Positions 37,529-47,490 of a stretch of DNA of 64,000 nt are shown one piece after another. Under the pieces are notes generated by a model, which saw nothing but the letters and a program-made list of their open reading frames with translations, had not been told where the DNA came from and did no database searches. The stretch is from Candidatus Parcubacteria bacterium (GTDB lineage: Bacteria; Patescibacteriota; Minisyncoccia; Phycocordibacterales; UBA918), in assembly GCA_021731405.1 (NCBI GenBank), contig JAKFXN010000005.1, positions 169,892 through 233,891 on the forward strand, written 5' to 3'. Made by a program: the position numbers and the translations under genes. How positions within the stretch are numbered: the stretch's first letter is position 1; every line of letters starts with the position of its first letter.

Positions 37529-38224
37529 TTATTGAGGAATACCAAACTCAACAACTGGTGCCGCTTCCGTAGAAGAAGCTGTGGCATCTGGGTTTACTGC
37601 CGCCGCAATTTGGTTGTAGAAATCTTCGTACGTTTGTATAACCATACGCTCTCCGTTTAAGAAGAAAGTTGGTGTTCCTGTAAGGCCAAGCGTACGCGCT
37701 GCGGCCGCATCTTCACGTACTTTATCCTTTACCAAAGACGCCCCGTAATGTCGTTCAAACAAATCGACATCAAGTTCAAGCTCTGAAGCAAAATCACGGA
37801 AGAAGATCATCGGGTTTGGACTATTTGACCAAGCCTTCTGATTGATGAAGAGGAGGTCATGAAACTCAAAGAATTTTCCTTGTTGACCCGCTGCTTCAGC
37901 TGCCCGTGCTGCTGGCTCAGCTAGAGGGTGGATTGGAAGTGGAAAGTGTTTGTACTCAAAAGCTATCTTGTCACCAAACTCTTCCATGATATCTTCCACT
38001 ACTGGATGGAAAGAAGCACAAGCTGGGCACTGGAAGTCACTGTATTCAGTCAAAGTAACAGTAGCAGCTTCATTGCCTTTGACGTGCGGAGTAAAAGTAA
38101 TGCCCTCATTATTTTTTTCAGCCACTGTACCCGAGTACCAGACTGAACCTCCGATTAATACAGCAGCTATAACAGCGATTATTATCCATGGATTTTTCAT
38201 ATAGGAAAAGTGTACCATATACAC
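37529..38224 (-). CDS. DsbA-family thiol:disulfide oxidoreductase (membrane anchored)
   Basis: CPAC active site (EYSDFQCPACASFHP). Thioredoxin fold. Confidence 0.8.
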   Translation of the reverse strand: MYMVHFSYMKNPWIIIAVIAAVLIGGSVWYSGTVAEKNNEGITFTPHVKGNEAATVTLTEYSDFQCPACASFHPVVEDIMEEFGDKIAFEYKHFPLPIHPLAEPAARAAEAAGQQGKFFEFHDLLFINQKAWSNSPNPMIFFRDFASELELDVDLFERHYGASLVKDKVREDAAAARTLGLTGTPTFFLNGERMVIQTYEDFYNQIAAAVNPDATASSTEAAPVVEFGIPQ

Positions 38225-38255
38225 AAAGTAGAATTACGACCACAAAATAATCATT

Positions 38256-39047
38256 GTGAGCCGTCAAAGCATTGCTTCAAAAGGCTTTTCGTGTTCTAAT
38301 GCGTGTCTTATGGCCCGCAAACCTAACTTCACACGCAAGAAAACCCGAAAACAGCACGGCGAAACCTTCTGGGATGCTGAGTACAAAAACCCTACCCACC
38401 TAAAGCTCTCGGTGAACCCGAGTGAGGACTTAGAGAAGTTTACCCGCTGGGTAATACGACGTAAGCGCGAAGACGTTTTTGGTCCAAAAGCGAGCGCTCT
38501 TGATGTTGGTTGCGGCAATGGACGGAATCTTATTTTCCTCAACAACGAGTTTGGTAACCCTGGGGTTGGCTATGACATTTCAAAAGCTGCTATTGCGCAA
38601 GCTGCACTCGCCTCTCGCAAGAAGCCTATTAAGTACACGGCTCGAAGTATTGCTGGAAAACTCGACGTCGAAGACAACTCACAAGCGCTGGTACTCGATA
38701 TGATGAGCTCGCACTTTCTAAATAAAGACGAACGACTCTTTTTACGTGATGAAATTTTCCGCACACTCGAACCAGGCGGACTTCTCTTTATGAAGACTTT
38801 TCTTAAGGATGGAGACCTACACACCAAAAGACTTATTGAAGAACGCCCTGGTAAAGAAGAAGGAAGCTATATTCACCCAGTCATGGGTGTAGCAGAATAT
38901 GTATACAGTGAAGAAGAACTTATCGACTTTCTTTCTGAAAAGTTCATCGTCCACAAAATCTACCGCTCACACAAACATGCCTTTCGTGGCCAAGCCCGCA
39001 AGCGACGCACTATCACTATCTACGCTGAGAAAGACCGCTTTAAATAA
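38256..39047 (+). CDS. Class I SAM-dependent methyltransferase
   Basis: Motif I LDVGCGNGRNLIFL. The start may be an internal Met near 38313. Confidence 0.7.
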   Translation: MSRQSIASKGFSCSNACLMARKPNFTRKKTRKQHGETFWDAEYKNPTHLKLSVNPSEDLEKFTRWVIRRKREDVFGPKASALDVGCGNGRNLIFLNNEFGNPGVGYDISKAAIAQAALASRKKPIKYTARSIAGKLDVEDNSQALVLDMMSSHFLNKDERLFLRDEIFRTLEPGGLLFMKTFLKDGDLHTKRLIEERPGKEEGSYIHPVMGVAEYVYSEEELIDFLSEKFIVHKIYRSHKHAFRGQARKRRTITIYAEKDRFK

Positions 39048-39049
39048 AA

Positions 39050-40039
39050 CTACGCCAGAAAAAGCGTTGCTACCGTGAGGTAAATAGCGAGACTTAAGAC
39101 GTCTATCACCACAGTACCAAGCGGGCCACTGGCGACCGCAGGGTCGTAGCCTCGAACATGCAAAAACCATGGCAAGAGTATCGCGATTAGGACTGTAAAC
39201 CAAACGGTAAAAAAGATTGAGATGGCAAGAATAGAGCTAATCACCAACGACTGGGCAACTGCAAATGAAAATACAAATATGAGCGCAGCTAGTATGGCTC
39301 CGAGGAGAAAATTAACGATTGATTCACGAAGCAAGTACGAACGTACCTTAAGCCCGTGTTCAATTGAGAGTGCGCGTATAAAGAGCATTTCTGTTTGCGT
39401 ACAAACAGCATCTGCCATATAGACAATCGCCGGAATAAACGCAGCCAAAATCAGTTCATTGGCCAGAGTCTCTTCAAAGAAACTAATCATCACCGCAGCG
39501 ACAACTCCACCCAATAACCCTAAAATCAGCCACGGTAACCGCATCTTAACGTGAGCGAACGGAGCATTTTTTAACAATACCTCAGATACATGAAGATCCT
39601 TGTGTTTAACACCCGCAAACTGCAGCACATCTTCAGTATGTTCAAGATTGAGCACCGTCAAGATTTGATCGGACGGCACGACCCCCATAAACGTATGTTC
39701 TTTTGAAACAACAGGGATTGCTTTGATATTGTGCTTGAGCGCCAGCTGCGCCACCCGCTCTTGGTCGGTATGTGGACGCACCGTCACGAGAGAGTCGCTC
39801 ACAAAGCGTTCAAGTGTCTCATGGGCTTCAAGATGAAAGAGTTCTTGAATCGACAGTACACCAATAAGCTCCCGACGATCATTGATGATGTAGATATAGT
39901 TTATTGTTTCAAACTCATTGGCCCGAGAACGGAGTAACCCTTCTACTTCAGAGGCCTTTTTTGACGAATGTACCACTGGTACCGCCGTCGTCATAATTCT
40001 TCCAGCTGAATCTTTTGGGAATACCATACTACTCACCAC
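39050..40039 (-). CDS. mgtE: Magnesium transporter MgtE (CBS pair + MgtE membrane domain; no MgtE_N)
   Basis: Tandem CBS and a C-terminal 5-TM domain (DAVCTQTEMLFIRALS…). Confidence 0.75.
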   Translation of the reverse strand: MVSSMVFPKDSAGRIMTTAVPVVHSSKKASEVEGLLRSRANEFETINYIYIINDRRELIGVLSIQELFHLEAHETLERFVSDSLVTVRPHTDQERVAQLALKHNIKAIPVVSKEHTFMGVVPSDQILTVLNLEHTEDVLQFAGVKHKDLHVSEVLLKNAPFAHVKMRLPWLILGLLGGVVAAVMISFFEETLANELILAAFIPAIVYMADAVCTQTEMLFIRALSIEHGLKVRSYLLRESIVNFLLGAILAALIFVFSFAVAQSLVISSILAISIFFTVWFTVLIAILLPWFLHVRGYDPAVASGPLGTVVIDVLSLAIYLTVATLFLA

Positions 40040-40730
40040 AAGACATCATTTGTCGACAGATATCTTTTTCACTTGGCGTAAGACCTTCGCAAGCAGCACA
40101 CTGATTTTGTGTTCCAGCTTCACCTCCTTCGTACATAGTACCAAACTCCATACCTTGATTTACAATGTTGGCAAAATCACTAAAAATGATGTCGGTTGGT
40201 GGTTCAAAAATACTATTATCTACCGCTGTCCACGCTTTACACTCATAGTCTACCGAAGCATCAAGCGGTACTACTTCTTGCGCAGCTGGTGAGCCTTCAG
40301 TTTTTGAAGCTTCAAGTTCTGAAAGACTAATTTTCATACCATACGCATCTCCTTCAATCTCAGACCAAGAGTAGAGTGTTCCATCACGCATGATAATTGA
40401 AGAAACTGTCTCTTTACCCATACTTGAGACCACAAAATCCCCTCGCATTTTACCAGCAGTTGTGAAATACGTTCCTTCAGTTTTTGTCTCAACTCCAGTT
40501 CCTTGTACGTAGTTTACTGAACACTCTAGGTTTTCCCCACGAGACATGAGCGCAGTCATAGTGCCCCTACCCGAAGTAGGTGGTACGGGAGTTTTCTCTT
40601 CTTCGACCACAGCCTCCTCACCTGCCACCACTACCTCATTCTCTTTTGGATTATTTCCAAACAAGAGATACATTGCCACCCCACCAACTACTACAGCTGC
40701 GACAATACTCCATATTAAAAAGGTTTTCAT
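40029..40730 (-). CDS. Exported hypothetical protein with C-terminal Cys-rich tail
   Basis: TM/signal anchor and a C-terminal CAACEG…DICRQMMSCGE. Confidence 0.4.
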   Translation of the reverse strand: MKTFLIWSIVAAVVVGGVAMYLLFGNNPKENEVVVAGEEAVVEEEKTPVPPTSGRGTMTALMSRGENLECSVNYVQGTGVETKTEGTYFTTAGKMRGDFVVSSMGKETVSSIIMRDGTLYSWSEIEGDAYGMKISLSELEASKTEGSPAAQEVVPLDASVDYECKAWTAVDNSIFEPPTDIIFSDFANIVNQGMEFGTMYEGGEAGTQNQCAACEGLTPSEKDICRQMMSCGE

Positions 40731-40813
40731 ATCAGTGATTAACTAAAAGATAGTAATACTATAAGCTTAGCAAAGTTTTAAGTCAGATTAAACGGTGATT
40801 TTCACTATTGTGC

Positions 40814-41254
40814 CTACATGCAGCCTTTAGCCTGGTAATACTCAGACATTGAGGGTGTCGCCCCAGCCTTGATTTCATCGACTCGCGCCTGTCCTAAGAT
40901 ACTTACAAAGCAAGTCAGCTGCTCCTCAGTAAAAGATTGGGGTAGTGACTCTGGTTCAATACCTACCATCTCAAGTGCCTGCTGCTGCGCAGGAGAAAGA
41001 TTGCTTTCAGATGCTTCAGTACTAACTTCACCTTCAGCACTAGTGTTAGTTGAATTTTCACTTGATGCCTTGGTCTGACTAGCTGGAGTAGCTCCATTTC
41101 CAAATAGTAACGGCTTGAGATTGAGTGGATCAACTATATAAAAATAAGCGAGCGCAATAAGCTGTAATAAAAACAGCACACCCATACCAACAAATAGATA
41201 CGTAAAGAATTTTTTCATACTTAAGTATACCAGACTATAGAAAAAGCCCGGCAA
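40814..41254 (-). CDS. Membrane-anchored hypothetical protein
   Basis: N-terminal TM and a Ser/Thr-rich linker. Confidence 0.4.
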   Translation of the reverse strand: MPGFFYSLVYLSMKKFFTYLFVGMGVLFLLQLIALAYFYIVDPLNLKPLLFGNGATPASQTKASSENSTNTSAEGEVSTEASESNLSPAQQQALEMVGIEPESLPQSFTEEQLTCFVSILGQARVDEIKAGATPSMSEYYQAKGCM

Positions 41255-41277
41255 CCTATTGGTTACCGGGCTTTTTT
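41246..41277. terminator. Rho-independent terminator downstream of the P-type ATPase
   Basis: aaaaagcccggcaacc-tatt-ggttaccgggcttttttc. Confidence 0.55.
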
Positions 41278-41281
41278 CTTT

Positions 41282-43243
41282 TTAGAACTTCTGCCAGAGT
41301 AGTCGCAGACCATTAGCTACTACAAGCAGCGTGCCGCCTTCATGTCCCACTACACCAAGCGGAAGCGGGAGGTAAAAGAAGATGGTCACAATCACCATCA
41401 AGATGAGGATACCAATCGCAAAAACAAGATTCTGTTTAATGATACGATTTGCTTGCAGTGAGAGCGTTCGAGCCCGCAACAGTGCACCAAGGTCGTCTGA
41501 AAGGAGCGCAACATCAGCTGCTTCCAAGGCCACATCACTTCCTGCGGTACCCATAGCCACACCCACATGTGAAGTAGCAAGTGCAGCGGCGTCGTTTACC
41601 CCATCCCCTACAAACGAAACCCTACCCTCTGTGCGCAACTTCTCAACAATTGCCACCTTATCAGCCGGCATAAGTTCTGCGTAAATATCTGAAGGTTCAA
41701 TACCAATCTCCTTACCAACCGCTTGCGCCACCATGGTATGGTCTCCTGTTAGCATCACAATCCGCTTTATTCCACTCTTACGTAGCGCAGCGATAGTGCT
41801 TTTTGCAGACTCACGTACCGTATCAGAAACACCAATCACACCCAGCACTGAAGTATTACCGATAATGACAGCTGTCTTCCCTTCTGCTTCCAGTAATGCC
41901 AGAGCGTCTTCAGTCTTAGTGTCGATAGCCACACCACTTTCAAGCAACATCTTTCTATTGCCGGCAAAGTACTTATGTCCATCAATCGTCGCATAGAGTC
42001 CTTTGCCGGGTACCGCTTCGGCTTTTTCAACCATCGCTGGCGCGATATTAAAGGTCGCTGCGTGAGCCAAGATACTCTTTGCAATTGGATGTTCTGAGTT
42101 TGCTTCGAGCGAAGCAGCGAGCTGCATAAGTTGATGTTCGCTAACGCCAAGCGGCACCACCTTTGTCACTCTCATTTTTCCTTCAGTGAGTGTCCCTGTT
42201 TTATCAAAGGCAACGATGTTTATTTGCGCAAAGGTCTCGAGCGCAGCCCCGCCCTTAAAGAGCATCCCTCTACGCGCTGAAGCAGCGAGAGCAGAAAGAA
42301 TAGCTGCTGGCACACTAATCACAATCGCACATGGACTTGCTACTACCAGAAGTGTCGCCGCTTTATAAAACGCTTCTGCGTATGGAATACCAAACAAAAT
42401 AAATCCAAGGAGCGCGAGTGTACTACCAACAAGTACGAGAATAGTGTAGCGTTCGCCAAACCAATCACTAAACCGTTCACTTGGAGAACGTTTTGCTTGG
42501 GCTTCGGTAACAAGCGTAATCATCTGTGCCAAGGTTGAGTGGCTAGCAGTTTTTTCTACTGTTACACGCAACACACCATGACCATTTACCGTACCAGCAA
42601 AAACTGAATCTCCTGCATCTTTATCGACAGGCACTGACTCACCAGTCATCGAAGACTGATCGACCGCACTTGTTCCGCTTAAAATACTTCCGTCAACCGG
42701 AATCCGTTCACCGGGTTTTACCACTACAATATTTCCAAGCTCTAGAGCTTCAACCGCTACTCGTGTCATTTGCCCACCAACACCTTCTAGGTTTGCTTCA
42801 TCAGGACGAAGCTTCATGAGCGCCACTACTGCCCGCTTGGTGTTACCCATGGCGTACTCCTCGAGTGTGCCAGCTAAGCTAAAGAGGAAGAGAAGAATTG
42901 CTCCATCACGCGCCTCGCCTACGAGTGCGGCTGCAATTGCTGCGAGCACCATGAGCAAATCAATGTCGAGTTTCTTTTGGAGTAGGTTTTGAAACGCACC
43001 AATTGCAGCTGGAATACCTCCAGCCAAGAACGCTACCAAGAAGCTGAGGCCTTCAAACAACAAAGGACCTTCCGTTACCTGAAAATAGACTCCAGCCAGG
43101 AGCCCAATAAGCGTAACGACAGTTAAAACAATGTTGATTCGTAAAGCCTTTCGCTCCTCCTCCAATTCTTCCATTAATGTTTCAGCTGGATTTTTCATAC
43201 TCGAATTATACAGCAAATTAAGGCTTTTTTCAACCTCATCCAA
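41282..43243 (-). CDS. Heavy-metal P1B-type ATPase (SPC motif; P1B-4-like, no N-terminal metal-binding domain)
   Basis: DKTGTLT and GDGVNDAAAL motifs. The TM motif is SPC (VVASPCAIVISVP). 653 aa. Confidence 0.85.
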   Translation of the reverse strand: MDEVEKSLNLLYNSSMKNPAETLMEELEEERKALRINIVLTVVTLIGLLAGVYFQVTEGPLLFEGLSFLVAFLAGGIPAAIGAFQNLLQKKLDIDLLMVLAAIAAALVGEARDGAILLFLFSLAGTLEEYAMGNTKRAVVALMKLRPDEANLEGVGGQMTRVAVEALELGNIVVVKPGERIPVDGSILSGTSAVDQSSMTGESVPVDKDAGDSVFAGTVNGHGVLRVTVEKTASHSTLAQMITLVTEAQAKRSPSERFSDWFGERYTILVLVGSTLALLGFILFGIPYAEAFYKAATLLVVASPCAIVISVPAAILSALAASARRGMLFKGGAALETFAQINIVAFDKTGTLTEGKMRVTKVVPLGVSEHQLMQLAASLEANSEHPIAKSILAHAATFNIAPAMVEKAEAVPGKGLYATIDGHKYFAGNRKMLLESGVAIDTKTEDALALLEAEGKTAVIIGNTSVLGVIGVSDTVRESAKSTIAALRKSGIKRIVMLTGDHTMVAQAVGKEIGIEPSDIYAELMPADKVAIVEKLRTEGRVSFVGDGVNDAAALATSHVGVAMGTAGSDVALEAADVALLSDDLGALLRARTLSLQANRIIKQNLVFAIGILILMVIVTIFFYLPLPLGVVGHEGGTLLVVANGLRLLWQKF

Positions 43244-43261
43244 AATTCCAAAGTGTTTTTG

Positions 43262-44272
43262 CTACTTTACCATCGCCGCTCGAGTAGCTGCATCGTACAT
43301 CCCAGTTACTGTAATATCTGCCTCTTCTTGATACTCTCTGAGCGCAGCTTCTGTCACTGGGCCGAAGTATCCAGTACTACCAGAAAGTGTAAGCTTGTCA
43401 GCAGCCGGACCAGTCTTTTGGTGACTTAAATACAACTGCAACAGACGTACTTCCGTACCAGTGTCTCCTAGGGTCAGACTTTTTGTTACCAATTTAGGGA
43501 TAGAGGCAATGATTTCTTCTAGTTGTGCCAGTAGACCACTCACATCCACGATACCGGACTTCTTCAAAACTGTTTTTATTTCGGTTGGAAGAACCAGTCC
43601 TTGATTAAGAGCGTTTCTAAAATCAGTTGGGTACGTTTCTACCAAAAATTCCGCCATCTCTTCCTCATCATCTAAATCTTTAAACATTCGTACCACGTAG
43701 GCCATTTTTTCTTTGAGGGTATACTCAAGCGCAATTCTCGGGTGAGGATCAAGAGGCTCACTCTCACGCACCTCAAAGTGCAAGTGCGCTCCTGCCCCCT
43801 TCGCGTTTCCCGTATCACCTACCGTACCGATAAAATCCCCGACAGCCAGCGTGTCCCCCGCTTTGATGTCAGCTATCTCATCTAAGTGCATGTAACGAAA
43901 TCTTTCTCCCCCGGGATTGGCAGTATAAACATAGTTACCTGCACTATCTCCAAAGCCAGTACTTGTTACTACCGCCTCAGTCGGAGAGACAATCGGTGTA
44001 CCTAAAGTGGCAATAATGTCTTGTCCTTCATGGCTACGAGTACCACCACCGCGCGGGTCTCCAAAATCTGGAATGATATTTTTTAAGGCGACTCCAAACA
44101 GGACCGGGATACCAAACTCTTCGACAATGTCATTATCAAGATTATTTATTTGCCTACTGTAAGACGACTCGCGACCAGAATCATGTCGAGCAAAAGCAAA
44201 AGACGGCGTTACCGCCAAGAGAAGAATAAAAAAAGCTCCGAGAGCTCGCTTGGTTATACTGATTTGTTTCAT
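43262..44272 (-). CDS. M23 family metallopeptidase with C-terminal peptidoglycan-binding domain
   Basis: HxxxD/HLHFE motifs (GQDIIAT…GAHLHFEV). C-terminal PG_binding_1-like LGDTGTEVRLLQLYL…GYFGPVTEAALREYQ. Confidence 0.8.
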   Translation of the reverse strand: MKQISITKRALGAFFILLLAVTPSFAFARHDSGRESSYSRQINNLDNDIVEEFGIPVLFGVALKNIIPDFGDPRGGGTRSHEGQDIIATLGTPIVSPTEAVVTSTGFGDSAGNYVYTANPGGERFRYMHLDEIADIKAGDTLAVGDFIGTVGDTGNAKGAGAHLHFEVRESEPLDPHPRIALEYTLKEKMAYVVRMFKDLDDEEEMAEFLVETYPTDFRNALNQGLVLPTEIKTVLKKSGIVDVSGLLAQLEEIIASIPKLVTKSLTLGDTGTEVRLLQLYLSHQKTGPAADKLTLSGSTGYFGPVTEAALREYQEEADITVTGMYDAATRAAMVK

Positions 44273-44363
44273 AAGGGTTAAGTATACCATTTTGGCCTCT
44301 TCTTCCGTAAAAAAGGTTAAGAAAGTGCTCAAGAACAACAATAAACTGCTATACTACCAAAAT

Positions 44364-44999
44364 ATGTTTTCAAACCTCGAAGCAATAATGCTTTCTTTCA
44401 TTCACACCCTACCACTAGAAGTGTTCGTATTCATTGCATCATTCATTGAAGAAGTAATTGCTCCTGTTCCTTCAGCGGCTGTCTTGTTACTTACAGGTTC
44501 CTTTGCCGCTATTCAAGAGAGACCCCTACTTGCACTCATCCCACTTGCAGTCATTGCTGCCATTGGAAAAACACTCGGTGCAATTCTCGTCTATTATTTC
44601 TCAGAAAAAATCGGTGGAGCGGTACTCACCAAGTTTGGCGGATTCTTTAATGTCTCACGGGAAGCTGTTGCTGAGTTTGGACAAAAAATAAATGGGAGTA
44701 CTCGGGACTATCTCCTTCTTATTCTCTTCCGTGCACTTCCCATTGTCCCAAGCTCTGTTGTTTCAATCGGTTGTGGGCTCATGAAGATTCCACCGCGCTT
44801 GTTTATTATTACTACTTTTATCGGTACTATCGTACGAGACAGTATTTTTTTGTATATCGGTTATGAAGGTACGCAGCTTCTAAGCGCTATCGCCAATCAC
44901 TCAACCTCAATCGAATCATTGGTACAAACACTTATACTCGCTACTATTGTGGGAACATTGGGGTACTTCTACTACAAACGAAAGAAGATAACTGTTTAA
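44364..44999 (+). CDS. DedA/VTT-domain membrane protein
   Basis: Likely start at the MFSNLE Met. Conserved G…R…P region. Confidence 0.7.
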   Translation: MFSNLEAIMLSFIHTLPLEVFVFIASFIEEVIAPVPSAAVLLLTGSFAAIQERPLLALIPLAVIAAIGKTLGAILVYYFSEKIGGAVLTKFGGFFNVSREAVAEFGQKINGSTRDYLLLILFRALPIVPSSVVSIGCGLMKIPPRLFIITTFIGTIVRDSIFLYIGYEGTQLLSAIANHSTSIESLVQTLILATIVGTLGYFYYKRKKITV

Positions 45000-45532
45000 G
45001 GTTTGTTATTTCTGATCATTTCTTGTTCAGGAATAGTATTTCCGCTCTTCATTTTAAAGCGTTCTTCAGAAAAACGCTTCCCGTTGTCGACAAATCCGTT
45101 CCGCTCATAAAAAGCGATTGCCTGTTTATTATAGACAGCCACATGAACCGTCACAGTATCAAACCGCTGTGCCCACGCTAAAAAATCTGTGAGGAGCATT
45201 GAACCAATCCCTTTTCCTTGAAAGTCTGGCAAGACATAAATACTTTTAAGATGAGCGCCGTCTTCTCTCTCCTCTCCGCCACAAACACCCACAATCTTTC
45301 CGTCCACTGTAGCTACTTTGTAGTAGCGCCTCTCGTCGGTAAGCATCTTCTCAAAACCAGCCTTTCGCTTTTCAATAGTCTCAGGCATGAGGCTATTTGC
45401 ATTCATTTCTTCTATATCTTCTTTTGTTATTCCATATTCTGTATTTGGGTATGTCGAAAGCCACGTCTCTGCATACAGAGCCTGAATTTCAGTAAAATTT
45501 GAACCCGTGGGTACTTCAATGGTCATATTCAA
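44996..45532 (-). CDS. GNAT family N-acetyltransferase
   Basis: Acetyl-CoA motif LPDFQGKGIGSMLL. Confidence 0.75.
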   Translation of the reverse strand: MNMTIEVPTGSNFTEIQALYAETWLSTYPNTEYGITKEDIEEMNANSLMPETIEKRKAGFEKMLTDERRYYKVATVDGKIVGVCGGEEREDGAHLKSIYVLPDFQGKGIGSMLLTDFLAWAQRFDTVTVHVAVYNKQAIAFYERNGFVDNGKRFSEERFKMKSGNTIPEQEMIRNNKP

Positions 45533-45541
45533 AAATTATAA

Positions 45542-46168
45542 TTATTGAACGACTTCTTTAAAAACCATCGCTTCAGCATCAAATGACAACCGAACACTTT
45601 TGCCAATTGAAGGCGGTGTAGAAAAAGGTTCATCTAAAGCTCTGTCAGCGTAATTCACTATCACCACTCCATCTCTATACTCAGTAGTCTGAGGTGCAAT
45701 GCGGTCACCCAAGAAGAAAGCTTGTGAACCGACATACCCCTCTCCTGTTTGAATGGCAGCCACGACATAAAAGAACAGCCCACTTCCGCCTGTATCTTGC
45801 GTAAGCAAAAAGACAATATCCTCTCTACCGTCAGCATTTAGATCAGCAAAGACTTCGTTTCCAAAATAACCAGTAGAGGCAAAGGTGGCTGAATCAGTTG
45901 AATCACCATTAATCAACGTGACTGGACTACCATCAAAGTAGTAGGTAGTGTTTTTTGCGCCTTCGTCATTTCTTTCTACAGGAGAAGCCTCAGGTACCTC
46001 CTCTACAACAGGGGATGCTGTGGGAGTCTCTCTTTCCAAGATATACTCCACCACCTCTCTGAGCCAAAATTTTTGAGTTGCTAAGAGACCCACACCAATC
46101 ACAATGAGGATTAAAAGAAATATTTGTATACCGCGGAGAAGTGGGCTTGGGTGATAATCTGTTTTCAT
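45542..46168 (-). CDS. Membrane-anchored exported hypothetical protein
   Basis: N-terminal TM. Confidence 0.4.
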   Translation of the reverse strand: MKTDYHPSPLLRGIQIFLLILIVIGVGLLATQKFWLREVVEYILERETPTASPVVEEVPEASPVERNDEGAKNTTYYFDGSPVTLINGDSTDSATFASTGYFGNEVFADLNADGREDIVFLLTQDTGGSGLFFYVVAAIQTGEGYVGSQAFFLGDRIAPQTTEYRDGVVIVNYADRALDEPFSTPPSIGKSVRLSFDAEAMVFKEVVQ

Positions 46169-46188
46169 ATCTATAAGTATACTCCTCC

Positions 46189-46764
46189 CTACCGCATGGT
46201 AAGGCTCGAAAGAATATCTACCGCCAAAGCATCAGTAGTAAAAAGTGCCTGCTCAGTCTTGCAGACAGTTCGTTCCGGGTCGTCATAGTTCATACACTGT
46301 GGGGTGCGGAGCGTAAATGACACACGAGCTACAAAGTCTCCTTGGTCAGTGCTGTACTCATAGCTGGTATAGGTGCTTCCAGCAGCACCCTCAGCAGAAA
46401 AACCGACACAGTAGTCACCACCATCAAGTGTCCGGAGTGCAAAGCGTTTCATTTCCCCGTCCGCTCCAATAGCGCTACCTGGTTCACAAACAAAATCACC
46501 AGCAACGAGTGTTACTTTAGGTGGCCACTCTTGTGCGACCACATACTTTGTCGGCAGTGGTTCTGGATACTTAAACTGCGTACCTTGTGGAGAGACAGGA
46601 GACAAGACCCAATTCCAACTCTCCATATCATTTCGTGGTGCTGTGGGCACAGCTGCTGTTTCAGAAACTTCATTTTTTGGTTCTTCTTTCAAAAAATATT
46701 GTACGAGCAGAATCACCACACCAAGAACAATAAAGCCAAATAAGAATGCGTTGATTTTTTTCAT
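46189..46764 (-). CDS. Membrane-anchored exported hypothetical protein
   Basis: N-terminal TM; four Cys. Confidence 0.4.
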   Translation of the reverse strand: MKKINAFLFGFIVLGVVILLVQYFLKEEPKNEVSETAAVPTAPRNDMESWNWVLSPVSPQGTQFKYPEPLPTKYVVAQEWPPKVTLVAGDFVCEPGSAIGADGEMKRFALRTLDGGDYCVGFSAEGAAGSTYTSYEYSTDQGDFVARVSFTLRTPQCMNYDDPERTVCKTEQALFTTDALAVDILSSLTMR

Positions 46765-46785
46765 ACTGGTAAGTATAGCAAAGTT

Positions 46786-47442
46786 CTATAACTCTTGAGC
46801 CGGACCATCAATTAGGATTTGTTCTCCAAGGAATTTTGGTTTTCGGTTCCAAAATAAATCAATAATTGCCTTCTCGTTAGCCAAAAGTTCGCGAATATAA
46901 TTGCGTTTAAATATATACCCCACATCTGCGTTCACACCATAGGCCTCAAGGCCAAGCTTACGAGCAATAAATACCGCTCGGGGCAAATGGAACTCTTGGG
47001 TAGAAATGAGTACTGATGTTACCCCAAAGATATCTCGCGCTCGGTACATACTGCTATAGGTATCAAAGCCAGCATGGTCAAGAAAAATATCTGCCTCGGG
47101 TATATCGCTGTTGAGTAAGTAAGTCCGTACCGGACTTACTTCGTTATAACTTAAAGTACTATTGTCACCTGAAACCAAAATCTTAGTTACTTTCTTGGCT
47201 TCATACAGCTCAATCGCAAGGTCTACTCTATCTATAAATATTGGTGTGAGCTCGCCATCTGCTGAAACTGCTGCCCCAGGAATAAGGACCGTCTGCGCCA
47301 CAGGGGCTGCACTGCTCTCATCAAAAATATACTGTTTGGTAGATAGATAAATACTAAGATTTGTCGCCAAAATAAATGTACCTAGCCAAAGAAAACCAAT
47401 GCTCAATACGATAAAAAAGTTTTTCCAAGTAATGAAACTCAT
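46786..47442 (-). CDS. DUF218 (SanA/YdcF) family protein
   Basis: N-terminal TM and DUF218 core (VLIPGAAV…ILVSGDN…). Confidence 0.65.
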   Translation of the reverse strand: MSFITWKNFFIVLSIGFLWLGTFILATNLSIYLSTKQYIFDESSAAPVAQTVLIPGAAVSADGELTPIFIDRVDLAIELYEAKKVTKILVSGDNSTLSYNEVSPVRTYLLNSDIPEADIFLDHAGFDTYSSMYRARDIFGVTSVLISTQEFHLPRAVFIARKLGLEAYGVNADVGYIFKRNYIRELLANEKAIIDLFWNRKPKFLGEQILIDGPAQEL

Positions 47443-47490
47443 GATTTTAGTATACCGCTTCCAATCGCTTCTGATTCATAATTGTTTTAT

